This document shows positions 24,739 through 36,488 of a DNA stretch of 64,000 bases, in pieces. Both the position numbers and the translations under genes were made by a program. Origin of the DNA: Psammoneis japonica (lineage: Eukaryota); assembly GCA_008632985.1 (NCBI GenBank), contig QPGO01000050.1:1-64000 (forward strand), written 5' to 3'. The stretch's first letter is position 1. Every line of letters begins with the position of its first letter. The notes beneath the pieces are model-generated. The model searched no databases and was not told where the DNA came from. It saw only the letters and a program-made list of their open reading frames with translations.

Positions 24739-27497
24739 GCACACAGTCTCTGGGGGCTGCTGCCCTGGCTCTTTGTGGGCACACATCAAGTGCTGCAGCC
24801 ACGCTGACCCAGTTGACCTCTTGCTTGACCAGCTCATTGTCTGTGATTCCACCTGCACAAGACCAACTCCACAACCTCTTCTGACCTTCTGCCTGCACCA
24901 AGTTTCAACCATGATGAGAGCACAACTTCAACAAAGGTTGTTGTGCATGTGTGTGTGTGTGTTGGTTGCAAAGATCAGCTGCCACAGCAGCCTTCCTGCA
25001 CAAACAAACAAACAAACAAACAAACAAGCCACGTGGGTCAGCAGAAATGTGAAAATTTTAATGTCAACAAGAGCCAGTTGAGATCACAAAAACTGACACA
25101 TCAGTCTTCTTCAAAAACAGATGCACTGCATCTGATTGAAACAATGTTCAACATGTGTCCAGCTTCCAAACAAAAATGAGAGCTCACAGGCAAAACACTT
25201 CAGCAATGAAGACCAGTGAAATGACTCGCTCAAGTTCACTCAAATGATTTGAAACTTTGAAAGCATGTGCAACGAAAGGCTTGAAAATGGAAAGGGCGCA
25301 TCACTGCCACACAAAGCAACACAAAAATGAAGGATGCACATCCACACAACAGCACACAAACAATGACAAACTGGCTGCCAACACAAAGAGAAGTCAACGG
25401 CAGCAAGTCAAAAGTGTGACACTGGAGCAGGCAGCTTGCAATGAACAACAAAGCAACACTTTTCTTTTGCACTCAACTCATTTCTTGAAACCAACACAAG
25501 TTGACAAAAACCGCCAAGAAGGATGAGAAACAAAGTGCCGCAACATTGTGCACAGGCAAGCAGAAACAGCAGCATTGTGCCACACTTGCCAAAGAAAACA
25601 TGCCAAACTGACAATTTCTTTGCTGTCTTCTGCCAGGGATTTCTGTCATTTCTCACAATGAAAAGCTGTCACAAAAACCAAATCTCTCTTTGAAACATGA
25701 AAAGGATTGGAGAACAGGACACATGATGCCACAGCACAGCTGAGAAAGAACACCAAGATGCAAAACAGACTGCAAGAGACAGCTGGGCCAACAATGGGAC
25801 AGCAGCTTGAAGAACAGAGGGATCAAAGCCAGGCAACAGAGTGACACAGTGTGAAATGAGAGCATGTGTCAAATGTCAAACATTGTCAGGGTAGAAAGCA
25901 ATCACTGCTGGATGCCAAAATCACAGGGCTCGCTCCAATTGACAAATGAGCAAATCAAATTGTTGGTGAACTCCAGCCAACAAATGACCACAATTGATTG
26001 GATCAACGTGGGTGGCTGTGTGTGCACAGAAATGAGCCATGCATTTCATTGATTGTGTTGTTCTTTCCTGTTTTGTCAACTTGTGTGACAACAGACACTC
26101 TGACACCTGCAATTGTTGTGCCATGATTCTTGAGTTCAAAACAAATCTTGTCAAGAGCCCACATGCTGTGAGACCAAGTTTTCTTGAGTCTGGTTTCCTG
26201 CTTTGCCAATGCAGCCAATTGTCAAAACTGATTTGTTCACAAGCAACAAAGGAGCACTTGGCAAGAACACAGGTGTCTTGTTGAGCAATTTTCAACTCTG
26301 AACAAGAGCACCAGCTGCACTTTCCAAACAAACAAATGCAGGGTGTCAGCACTGCTCCTGGTGTGCTGTGCTGCAAGTTCCCATCTGGAGCTGAAACTCT
26401 CATTTTGTTGGGTGCACCAGGCTGTGCAGGCAGTTTGCTGGGTGAGAAACTTCTGGACAATTTGTGTGGTTTTCTGTGAATTTCTGTGACAGATGCAACT
26501 GGCACTGCACAAGCAAATCGAGCTCAAAAATGAAAGCGATTTTTTCTTCATGTCTCTCATGTTGCAAATTGTCAATGTGGGTGTGGTGCTGTGCTGCTGT
26601 CCTCATGAACTTACTCACTCTCAAACCAACAGCCTGCCGAAAAGGCAAGAAGGGCGAAAGTGGGTTGGCTGGGCTTGTTTTGTGCCTTGCTCCACACAAC
26701 AACCTGGTTGACATTTTGAGTTTTGTTGCCATTTGTTGGGTCTTGCAGAGAGCTTTTTGACTTGCTGTGCATGGCATTTGAGAAGTTTCCTTCTCTCCCT
26801 CAGATGACATTCTTCACAGCCCTCAGCTCCGCTGACTTGATGCTGGCCACAAGCAAAAGTTGATGGTGCGCACATGATGGCTGGCACACTTTTCTTTGAA
26901 ATGTGTTGACTGAACTTTGAGTTGTCATGGATGGATGATGCCTTTGCTTCATTTGATGGTGGTGAGTTGCACAAACCCACTGATTTTTTGTCATGGACAA
27001 AAGAGCAATTTTGGGCTCAGCTTTGAGAGTGTCAACAATGACTGAGAAGAGCCCAAACAACAAGCACATGTTGCAGGTCCAATGTTTCAAAGCAGATGAG
27101 TCTTCAGATTGGCTGACTTGACTTTGGCTGCGGCCCTTTGTGGCCAGCACACATCTTTTTCTCCTAGAACAAGCATCTTGGAGCAATGATGGATCGGTCG
27201 ATCTTGCAGGGACCTCCATTGATGTTTGATTGCCAGGTGCCAGGGGATCGAGTGAGCCAGTCGTCGTCATCCTGTGCCACGTGGATGGAGACGAAAAACT
27301 GGCGCGCGGTCGATCGGTGCATGGTGAGTGGTGGGAGTGACGTGTTACAGTATGCGTGCGCGCTTTTGCGCTTTCTGCTCTCTCCCGCCCTCTGCCGCAC
27401 GATGTTGCCGTCAGCCATCAGTGTGTGTTGTTCTCTGATGAGACCTTCTGCTTTCGACACTCAACCGGTCTTCTTATTGCGTGCCGTAGCAACAAGG

Positions 27498-28463
27498 ATG
27501 AAGTCTCTCCATTTCGGTTGTAACCAGCCATGTCTGGTGGTATTGACACTGTTGATTGTGAGTGCGTCAAGCTTCGCACCAAGAGTTGCCTTCACAACTC
27601 CCAAAACCATTGAAAAGTCACCCACAACTTCTTTATGGCTGAAACGGAGAGGACGTCCGAGAGGTCCACTTCGGACTGTGGAAGTGAAACCCACAATGAA
27701 TGAAGAAATCACATACGATGAGCTGAGGGTTGTACTTGCCGATCCAAAGGGTGGGAAAGACGAAGCTCTCGGCATCATAACAAAAGCTGACGCTCTCGCC
27801 AAGGCGCAAGAGCTGGGTGGCTTGGACGTTATTTTGATCAATGAAAACTCGAGTCCACCTGTTTGCAAGATTGTGGATTACTCAAAATACCGTTACATGA
27901 AGGAGAAGAAGGCTAAAGAACTGAAAAAGGCTTCCAAGGCTTCTGAAGTGAAAGAAGTCAAAATGTCTTACAAAATCGATGTCCACGACTATGGTGTTAG
28001 GAAGAAGAATGCTTCGAAATTCATTAATCAAGGCAACCGTGTCAAGATCACAATTATGTTTCGCGGACGAGAAGTGCAGCACGACAAACTGGGATACGAA
28101 CTTATTGATAAGCTGGCACTCGATCTGGAAGATATTTGCAACAAAGAGGGACGTCCAGTACGCGAAGGACGGAACTTGTCTGTCATTTTGTCTCCTCGAC
28201 CAGAAGTATTAAAAGCCGTGAACGATGGGCGCCGTGCGGAAGAAAAAGCGAAAAAGAAGAAGCGAGAAGCGCGACTCAAAGAGCAAAAGCATTCCAAAGC
28301 GGAGCAGGTGGAGGATAACAGTGCTAGCCTTGACGATGGTATCAACCTCAACCAGGTCGCACTTGAAGAAAGTGCCTCGGATCTTGATAGCGACGAAGAC
28401 TTGGAATCATCCCTTGATAGCTTGTTGGGCGCTGATGGAGTCAAAGATGACCTTTTTAACTAG
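27498..28463 (+). CDS. infC: Translation initiation factor IF-3, plastid-targeted
   Basis: Presequence with 'SASSF'. IF3 motifs 'MNEEI...ELRV', 'PPVCKIVDYSKYRY', 'VKEVKMSYKIDVHDY', 'GNRVKITIMFRGRE'. Confidence 0.92.
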   Translation: MKSLHFGCNQPCLVVLTLLIVSASSFAPRVAFTTPKTIEKSPTTSLWLKRRGRPRGPLRTVEVKPTMNEEITYDELRVVLADPKGGKDEALGIITKADALAKAQELGGLDVILINENSSPPVCKIVDYSKYRYMKEKKAKELKKASKASEVKEVKMSYKIDVHDYGVRKKNASKFINQGNRVKITIMFRGREVQHDKLGYELIDKLALDLEDICNKEGRPVREGRNLSVILSPRPEVLKAVNDGRRAEEKAKKKKREARLKEQKHSKAEQVEDNSASLDDGINLNQVALEESASDLDSDEDLESSLDSLLGADGVKDDLFN

Positions 28464-28986
28464 ATAAGTATAGCAACACGTTACATGAGCTTCGAATGGT
28501 AAGGGTACCTCCTGTGTGTACCGGTGAAGGGAGCACAACTCTCAGCAAAACTGCCGCAGAATTCATACCGATGATGCAGCTACCACGGGTGGAGGAAAAC
28601 AACTACTAATCCTCCTGATTCCTTTAACATGCGACAACTTCGTCGGTCGCTTTGGTTGAGATGAATTTATTTGTACACGAGTTGCTTCTCCCTTTCAATC
28701 CAACCGCGTCACTGACGACAATTCTGATGCGATGACATCGTGCCAATAGTGAGCCATTTTCAGCTTTCTTAAAAGAAAAAAGGTCCTCTACTAGAAGAAG
28801 CAAAGTAAGTACAACTTGTTTGAGACGTTCGAATCTTCAACTATCTTTTGTGCATGCAAAAGCGATGGCGGTAACAGGCATACAGTAACCTATGACTCGA
28901 AGGTGTCTCTACAGATTGTCAATTGCTGTGCTACTGTTTGTATAAAATAGCTTGACACCAGACATTTTAGGAGCCTACACCGTACT

Positions 28987-30003
28987 CTATTCTTTCAGGC
29001 CCATGTAGCATAGCCTCAATCCAGCAAATGCGACGACCGCTAGCTCCATCTTTACAAAAGTCGTTTCCTTCATTCCCATCATGATTGGTTTTGCCAAAAA
29101 GACGCCCACAACGCTAACCAAACCCAATCCTATAGCTGCAGGTATCATGGGCCATCCCAGTGTACCTCCGACAAATCTCATGGGCAACTTACCCAGATTG
29201 ATAAAGCAAAAGAACATGGCTCTGGTACCGATATATGCCTGTGGCGTCAATTGTCGCACAGATAGCAGGTATACGTTCAATATCGGCCCCATGCTGTTTG
29301 TCAACATTGTAGCTGCACCGCCAACGAGACCGACTATGCATGCCCAACCAAAAGAAGATGCACTACTTGATGATGGTACTTGTGCTGCGTCTCGCATTTG
29401 GTTTTCTTTCTGACTACCACCAGTGTGTTCAATATCTACAGGTTCCATGTCTTTGCTGTCAAGAAATACCTGTGTTTCTTCTTTCCCATCATCAAATTCA
29501 GTCATATCCGAGTCCTTTCCTACAAATACTCTTTTGCTCTCTTTGCTTTCCCCCGCTAACAAGTTATGCTGCAACGCCCACGACGGACAAGCTGCCGTCA
29601 CGACACTCTTGTACGTCCGCAAGGCGAGTATCCCCAGTAATATACATCCCACCAAGAGTCGCGCTCCTCTATCCGTCAAATAGACATCCACAAGCTGGCC
29701 AATCCCCATACCGACAAAGCTCGTTGGCAGCAACAACCAAACCGATGGCCAATCCAATGCGGTAGAATGCAACCACGCGGCGTAAATATCAATCATGGAT
29801 AGTATGGGCACTTGAAGAGCCACGGCATATCCCAATCCGCCCGATATGTGAGTGGGAGCCGCAAGGACCGTGGCGGCGGTAGCTATCGTGGCTAGACCGG
29901 GGATGCCGCCCTTGCCGAGACCAAGAAGGAGAGCAATGCCCAAGAGAATATGAAGCTGCCCGTCTGGAGGCCAGCGGACTGCTTGGGATATGTACTCGTC
30001 CAT
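28987..30003 (-). CDS. TauE/SafE (TSUP) family sulfite/anion exporter
   Basis: Multi-TM protein with 'GLGKGGIPG', 'VGGAATMLTNSMGPILNVYLL' and 'YIGTRAMFFCFINLGKLP'. Confidence 0.85.
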   Translation of the reverse strand: MDEYISQAVRWPPDGQLHILLGIALLLGLGKGGIPGLATIATAATVLAAPTHISGGLGYAVALQVPILSMIDIYAAWLHSTALDWPSVWLLLPTSFVGMGIGQLVDVYLTDRGARLLVGCILLGILALRTYKSVVTAACPSWALQHNLLAGESKESKRVFVGKDSDMTEFDDGKEETQVFLDSKDMEPVDIEHTGGSQKENQMRDAAQVPSSSSASSFGWACIVGLVGGAATMLTNSMGPILNVYLLSVRQLTPQAYIGTRAMFFCFINLGKLPMRFVGGTLGWPMIPAAIGLGLVSVVGVFLAKPIMMGMKETTFVKMELAVVAFAGLRLCYMGLKE

Positions 30004-30431
30004 TGCTTTGTATTATTTCTATGGAATATATGTGATGATTGTCACCAGGGCGGCTTCATCCAGAAGAAACAGAAATTTCACGGGCACTCGAAGACAGCAC
30101 AACGCTGTATTCAGCATCAATCTCCAAAAAGGGGGGAAAGGAGGAGAGAAACGAGAGGATAGGATACAGTAAGTGAATATGGTAAGTTGCGAAGAGTTGA
30201 GGCTTATTGTGTTTTTGTGCTTGTTGCGTCCATCATCGTCCGCTCTTTTTGTCGCGTCGGTCAGACTGCGACAAAAAAGGCTTCGTCATCCGGTCCAGTA
30301 GTGCTGCTACTCTGAGCTGTGTTGTTATTGTTGTCTTTGTCTTCCGGCAAAGTCACTTCGTGCGTTATCTACCGTACCAACTTCATAAGCCATTGAAGAG
30401 CTTCTTTCGCATCGATTGCTTTTAAAAAAGA

Positions 30432-32186
30432 ATGATATCAGAGCAGTCACATTCTGTATCGACTGCTGTGTGGTCGTCCTTGGCTTTGTTTGTAGCGTCA
30501 TCGGTGTTCTCGCTCTTCCTATGCCGAGAGAGAGAACGTCGGCAACAACCGAACCGCGGGCGGTCAAGAGAAAGGTTTGATTACTCCTTACGTCGAAGTA
30601 GAAGTCGTCTCAGTCCTTCAAATCATGATCGCAGAAGCATATTTTCGCAGCACGCGGATCATAATGAGCCGCACGAAGACATTTTGTTATCGTTGGACGT
30701 TGCAGACTTTCGTCCCAAGAATCGGAACTGGAGACATTTCGAATCGAACAACGCCGATGATGTCAGAGAAGGGTTAGTATCACCGTCAACTTCAACATCC
30801 TCCTTCCAGGATAGCAGCGATGACGATAGCGCTTCTTCTCTAAATGATGATGAGCAGTTTGTCTGGACTCAGCCAGAAAACAAGCATCATCATCACCACC
30901 ACCACAATGTTCCCAGGACCAGTGAAAAAAGTCATCACGGCAAGACCAATGTCGGTAGCAATGCGGAAGAAAACGACGCTCTGATTAATAATGATGAAGA
31001 AGCAGAGGAAATGGCTTCAGCGTGGACAAAGATTAGAAAAAGAATGGTCCAAAGCACTGCCGGCAGAGGCGTGGAGCAAGAAGATCTTATCAGCTCGACC
31101 GACTCGTTTGCTTCGGCAGACTCATCTCTCCACTCCCTAGGCGGCCGGGAAAAGGTACCGCCACCTTCAATAGCGAAGATAAAGGAACTCGATCCTTATT
31201 TGGCAAAACGTGGTAGACCGGGATTGGGAGAGTCAAGCAAGAGCAGCATGTGGGATCTGTTTTCGAAATCCATACCAGACATGTTGCATCTCGAACGATA
31301 TACGACTGCTCCGCAAGAGCAAAAAGCCGAGGTTGTAGCATACAATGCGAGTATTCTGCCATCAAAGGTCGTTATGGTTCGTCATGGTCAGTCCGAAGGA
31401 AATGTCAACGAATCGCTCTATGCTACAACACCGGATAACGCAATGCGCCTCACAAAACTGGGCTGGGACCAAGCTCATATGGCTGGAAAGGCACTCAAGG
31501 AAAAGGTTATAGCGAGTGGGGAATCTATCCATTTTATTGTTTCACCGTACGTTCGAACAGTCGAAACCTTTCATGGGATTGTCTCGGCGTGGTGCGATCC
31601 GTCGGATTTCAATCACATTGAGGACCGCAGTGAACGAATCAAAGCGTGGTATGGAAGATTGCTGGACATGGGTTTGACGTGGCACGAAGACCCTCGGATC
31701 CGTGAGCAGGATTTCGGCAACTACCAAGACCCGGCTACCATTAAGAAGTGCAAGGCCGAACGGCACAAGTTTGGTGTCTTCTTTTATCGATTCCCCTACG
31801 GCGAATCAGCCTCTGACGTTTTTGACAGGGTCTCCACCTTTCTTGATTCGCTTTGGAGGAGCTTTGATTTACAAAAATCTCGCAACTATGTACTGATCAC
31901 ACATGGAATTTCGATTCGAGTCTTTTTGGCAAGATATTTTCGGTATTCGATCAATCAATTCAGCATGCTGGCAAACCCAAAGAATTGCGAGATGGTGGTT
32001 CTGGGACACGATGGTAAGGGGAAACTGAAGCTCGAGGGACGATGTGAAATGGAGTTGAATCAAGAAGAAGCCAATGACCGAAAACAAGTGATTGGCTACA
32101 AATTTCATAAGCGCCTTCGGGTCCTCCCCAAGAGTGTTATTCGCAAAGAAAGCATCCGAGTGTCTTTTGATGACGACACGGAATGA
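30432..32186 (+). CDS. Histidine phosphatase / phosphoglycerate mutase family protein (DET1-like) with N-terminal TM anchor
   Basis: 'VRHGQSEGN', 'VSPYVRTVET', 'DPRIREQDFGNYQ', 'FYRFPYGES', 'LITHGISIRVFLARYF'. Confidence 0.9.
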   Translation: MISEQSHSVSTAVWSSLALFVASSVFSLFLCRERERRQQPNRGRSRERFDYSLRRSRSRLSPSNHDRRSIFSQHADHNEPHEDILLSLDVADFRPKNRNWRHFESNNADDVREGLVSPSTSTSSFQDSSDDDSASSLNDDEQFVWTQPENKHHHHHHHNVPRTSEKSHHGKTNVGSNAEENDALINNDEEAEEMASAWTKIRKRMVQSTAGRGVEQEDLISSTDSFASADSSLHSLGGREKVPPPSIAKIKELDPYLAKRGRPGLGESSKSSMWDLFSKSIPDMLHLERYTTAPQEQKAEVVAYNASILPSKVVMVRHGQSEGNVNESLYATTPDNAMRLTKLGWDQAHMAGKALKEKVIASGESIHFIVSPYVRTVETFHGIVSAWCDPSDFNHIEDRSERIKAWYGRLLDMGLTWHEDPRIREQDFGNYQDPATIKKCKAERHKFGVFFYRFPYGESASDVFDRVSTFLDSLWRSFDLQKSRNYVLITHGISIRVFLARYFRYSINQFSMLANPKNCEMVVLGHDGKGKLKLEGRCEMELNQEEANDRKQVIGYKFHKRLRVLPKSVIRKESIRVSFDDDTE

Positions 32187-33066
32187 GCTGTGGCGAGGCT
32201 TTTCGCCTGCTGTTTCCGATGGCTGGCACGAAAGGCTACGGATTCCTCTACATCAAACGGTTTTTTCTACATCCATCACGAGCACAGAAGCTACCGTAGC
32301 ATTGTAAAGAACTCCGTTTTGCTTGCCATGGACTTCTATCTGATCTCACGTCCAACTGGATTGCACCGTCACGACAGCAATTCCTTCGCGGGCAGCGTCA
32401 TAAGCCGTATTGTTCTCTCGTCACACAGACGGGATAAAGTAGTACATACAACATCGACACCAAGCCCTACCTCTAGCTAGTGCAAATATCAGAGTTCTAC
32501 TAAAGACAAGACTCTGGTTGTTTTGGAGATCTCTTTGCCGCTGACCCAAACCTGGTAGTCATGTGTACGAGGGTAATGCGTGGAGATGCGGGCAAGGTGT
32601 TCTACAACACCACATTGAACATGGCAACTCAGTAAACTGAAGACTTTTGTGAGGTCGTGCAGGAGAAATCCGGGCATGGGGACACCACTTGGTACTGTAC
32701 ACGCATTGGTGTTGGTGGACACAGACGGTGTTGTATTGCTTTCGCGCGGTAATTCTGAATCATTAGCATCCGTGTTTCCACTCAAACTTTGGCATAGGAA
32801 AGCCGAACTCCTGGTGCGAATGCGGCGTGTATCCAGCACCTGGCTTCGCGCTCTAGACTATCACTAGACTTTGCAATCAAATCCATTAGCGAAGCCACGA
32901 AATGTGCTAAATACTCAAGTTACCATACCCCTAGTCTCTGTATTCTTGCAAGCAGCTTCCTCATTCAATTTCTTCTTCAACCGTCTCTCCCTCTATACGG
33001 TACGTACAATTTTCAATCCTGTACTCTCCATTTCCGCTGTCGGCTTCCCTAGTCAAGCACAATGTC

Positions 33067-34269
33067 TCATTTCTCATTGGAGCCAATACCGGTAGTAGCA
33101 GCAGTAGCATCGGATGTTCCCCCCTCACTGTCTCCGACCAAAGCCGATGGCTGGGCATCTCCATTCATCGCAACAGCAGCAGCATTCGTCCCGCCAAGCA
33201 AGCTGCCACCGGTTGAAGCTGCTGGCTTGGTGTCGGTTGAAGCTGCTGGCTTGGTGTCGTCTTCCTTAGTTGTCGTCGATTCAGCAGCAGGCGTTGATTC
33301 GGATGATAATCCGCCGGTGTGACTAGTTCCATTGGTCGCAGTCACCGTTGCAGCACCGGGTGTAAATCCAAACGAAAAGCTGCCACCATTGCTAGCTCCT
33401 CCAGCTGCAGTAGTTGCCGGTGCAGCAGCGGGTGTCAATGATGAAGTTCCGCTGGCAGCCGTAGCAGCAGTCTTCGTTGCAGGTGTCCCTCCTCCAAAGT
33501 TGAATCCACCGGAACCAATGGAGCCTTTCTTCGCTGCTGCGGCGCCTCCTCCAAAGGTAAAACCACAAGCACCAATGCTCGATCCATCATTTGTTGGTGC
33601 AGACGTGATTGTGGTACTGTTTCTTGCAGTACTCGAGGGGGATCCAGCAGCACGAGCCGTAGCAGGCGGCGCTCCAACACCCGCTTTGGCATTCGTACCA
33701 CGTTTTGCTTTACACACTATACAGATTTCGGTAGAAATGGAAGTGAATTGACTGCAATGACCACACTTCCACAGGTTGGGATCCGTTGCAAAATTTTGCA
33801 CCAAGGTTCCCGCCCAGCCGATTGCAGTTTGCAAAATTCTGGCTCTCTTGGGATTGGGTTCAGCTACATCGTCGTCACTACTCCTGTCGTCTTGCGTGTC
33901 GTCGCATTCTTCCGGTTCGGGATCACGGGGGCGTTCGACAAAGGTTGCGTCGTCTTTTTGGTTCTCTAAAGTAGGTTGAGACGTACTTGGATCACTGGGA
34001 GCATACAGCACGCCGGTCTTTATCGCATCCAGAGCAATCAACAAGCTTCCTCGAACGAACGGTCCTGCACGAGGCGGAGGAAGCGCCATGGGCAACGTTA
34101 CATTGGCATACGGAGCGGGATGCATGGTTGTGGTAGGGGGATTCAGGTGCTTGTTTGAATTCAATCGAGGCGTGGATGATGCGGGAGTGTGTTCTATCAA
34201 AGAGCTGTTTTTGTTGTCGTCGTTGGCGTCTTTGTTGGCGTCTTTGTTGGCGTTTTTGTGTGTAATCAT
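33067..34269 (-). CDS. RanBP2-type zinc finger + FG-repeat (nucleoporin-like) protein or chimeric fragment
   Basis: 'WKCGHCSQFTSISTEICIVCKAKR' followed by 'GFTFGG', 'GFNFGG' and 'FSFGF' in an Ala/Thr/Gly-rich tail. Start codon uncertain. Confidence 0.55.
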   Translation of the reverse strand: MITHKNANKDANKDANDDNKNSSLIEHTPASSTPRLNSNKHLNPPTTTMHPAPYANVTLPMALPPPRAGPFVRGSLLIALDAIKTGVLYAPSDPSTSQPTLENQKDDATFVERPRDPEPEECDDTQDDRSSDDDVAEPNPKRARILQTAIGWAGTLVQNFATDPNLWKCGHCSQFTSISTEICIVCKAKRGTNAKAGVGAPPATARAAGSPSSTARNSTTITSAPTNDGSSIGACGFTFGGGAAAAKKGSIGSGGFNFGGGTPATKTAATAASGTSSLTPAAAPATTAAGGASNGGSFSFGFTPGAATVTATNGTSHTGGLSSESTPAAESTTTKEDDTKPAASTDTKPAASTGGSLLGGTNAAAVAMNGDAQPSALVGDSEGGTSDATAATTGIGSNEK

Positions 34270-34399
34270 CTGCGATCATCACCAACGACCAACGACGACA
34301 AATTCGCGAGCTCCAGGCAGACGAGCTCTGCAAATCTTTGTGAGTATTTTTATCCCTCATGAATGTTTGTTTTCATTGGAATTTGCAGATCTTTATGAG

Positions 34400-35450
34400 C
34401 ACTTTCGCCACTCCTCTGCCGTGTGTCACAGCTTTCTCGTGCCATTTTCTTTTTCCCATTGCACTCACTTTTGCGCTCTTTTCATCGACTGCTCACTCTG
34501 CTCATTCCTTGTCATCAACCAAAGTCTTGCCAAGAACATGTGCCACCACTGTCACACCACAATGACAGCCCTGAAGAAAGAAAGAGGATGACTGCTTGGT
34601 CACGACAACAACCACAAGTGTGGCCCCCTCATCTGATGGCCAACTTCTGCTGCCACACCTTGGCATGCAATGCTGCTGCATTTTGGGGTGGGAAGATCAA
34701 AGCAACAGCAACAACATGAGATTCCCAAAGTTGTTGAGTGGTCACTGCACCACAAAGAACACACTTTCTTTTCAGTGCACAGAGAGTCAGCCGCGCGAGA
34801 TTTTTTTGTGGCTTTGGCACAAAGAACATGTTGTGTGCACGATGTCTCTCCACAAAAACAATGTCAGAGACCCAGCAGGTGCAGCTGGTTGAATGCACCA
34901 GAGGAAAACACCAACAAAAAACATGGTTTCCTTTGTGCTGCATGGGTGGTGGTCATGGGATCAGCACTCAACAAGCTGGCACACAGATCCTTTGGTTGAG
35001 TGCAGGAGCAGCAGCTGCTGCCACCTCAAGCAGCCTGAGGCACTTGACAGTGGCGCACCTTTTTCTCATGAAGGCAGGTGCCAGTGCCCCATGTTGCTGA
35101 TGTGACAGAAACCTCATTTGCAGCATTGGCCAACAATGTGAGCCGCTTCTTGGCGGGGCCTCAATGGCTGCAAGATGCTGACAAGCTGAGCAAGCAGCTG
35201 CAGCTTCCTGTGCAAAGCCATGCACAGTCAGTCAAAGACAAAGGTGCTGCAAATGGACTCCAGGCCAGAGAGCAACATTAAATTTGTGTCCCACCCTCCA
35301 AACTCAGCTGGCAATGCCCAGCCACTGACTTTAGTTGCACAAGAGTTCTGGGGCAACTTTGACACACACAAAATGGAGACAACACATTGCTCATGAACAA
35401 AAAATGAGTGCCCTCAAGACTTGGAAAGTTGCTCATTTTTCTTTGAACAG
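34400..35450. other. CpG- and TpA-depleted hypermutated domain 2 (~1 kb)
   Basis: Only about two TA in ~1 kb (TTAA ~35279, TTAG ~35332). Few CG apart from a CCGCGCG patch at ~34791. Confidence 0.85.
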
Positions 35451-35745
35451 CTCGTCATTTTGGGAACGAACACTTTAAGCAAAGGGAAGCCGTTTGTCTG
35501 CGGCTTCGATAATTCCTCCTCACGATTAGCGTTCCCAAGGCACCACGTCCGAGCCGGTCGGAACATAACAGATTTGTAACGCGGGATAAAGTTATGGATG
35601 ACAAATGTTAGCTACACAATGTTTCTATTATTATAATACGGTCTATGGTGGCAGCATCTCGCCAATGCAAGCTCGCACGGCTGAAGTCAAAATCGTTTCA
35701 CGCGGAAGTGTCGCGCAAAACTCAATCTCTGCGATATCAAATCAT

Positions 35746-36488
35746 CTATTGTTGCGGTTGAACAACTACACGTAGTTTCTCGCTGCGCTGCCTCAAGAAG
35801 TTCACCCAAGCATCCCAATGCTCTCGTCGAGCATAGTCAAACGGCGTGTGCCCCCTGACATCTTTGAGTAACAACATATGTGGATCAGACACAGATAGCA
35901 ACAAATCCATAACTTCGAAATTTGGACTAGACGTCCAGCATGCGTCGTGAAACGGTGTTCTGCCGTAATCGTCTCTGACATTCACATTGGCATTCGCTTC
36001 ATTTACCAGGTACGATACAACGTCTGCTTTTCCACGGCGACAGGCCATGTGAACAAAGATTCCCCAAATCGATTGCATGCGTTCATCGATCGTCCCTCCT
36101 TGTGCAATGCTCGCAGTCTTTCAGTGTCCCGAGCACGAATCGCGTTGACAACGTCGCTGTCGTAAGCGGACATGTCTTCCGCCGTGGGATTGGTGAAGTA
36201 AGCAGCATGTGATGTCGGAACCGCACTGCTTTTGCCCTGTTGTGTTTCGAATTGAGCTTGGAGGAATTCCGCCGGACTAACGGAAGCCGAAGACAATCCC
36301 TTGTCAGACGCTTCGGAGCCGATTATTTTCGATGTCCCGCTGCTGTGTCCAAAGTTCTGAGGACGTGTGTTGGTGGCCGACATTGAGCTTGATGTAAACT
36401 TTGGCGACAGGGAACGCTTGGTTGTATGGTGCTTCGTAAAGGTGTCGACTTTCACAGAGCTGGCAAACCTGCTTTCACTCTTTGTCAT
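35746..36488 (-). CDS. Ankyrin-repeat protein
   Basis: 'NACNRFGESL', 'HMACRRG', 'RDDYGRTPFHDACW', 'DVRGHTPFDY'. One 1-bp frameshift near 36052; start uncertain. Confidence 0.8.

Larger units (their letters stand above)
20600..27190. other. CpG- and TpA-depleted hypermutated domain 1 (decayed repeat/transposon-like DNA)
   Basis: Near absence of CG and TA, excess of TG/CA, internal direct and inverted repeats, no intact gene. ORFs here are Cys/His/Gln-rich and nearly Tyr-free. Confidence 0.9.

Noticed and set aside
25921..26060. 'THVDPIN' as a TET/JBP or other 2OG-dioxygenase HxD motif
   Set aside because: It is a very short match in heavily mutated, His-enriched sequence with no supporting downstream motifs.
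20600..27190. Classical fungal RIP as the explanation
   Set aside because: RIP turns CpA into TpA and raises TA and AT content. Here TA is lost, CA/TG accumulate, and nearby duplications are untouched.
27186..27497. N-terminal extension of the IF-3 ORF
   Set aside because: The plastid presequence starts at the Met at 27498. The upstream frame is open only because this boundary zone lacks TA-containing stops.
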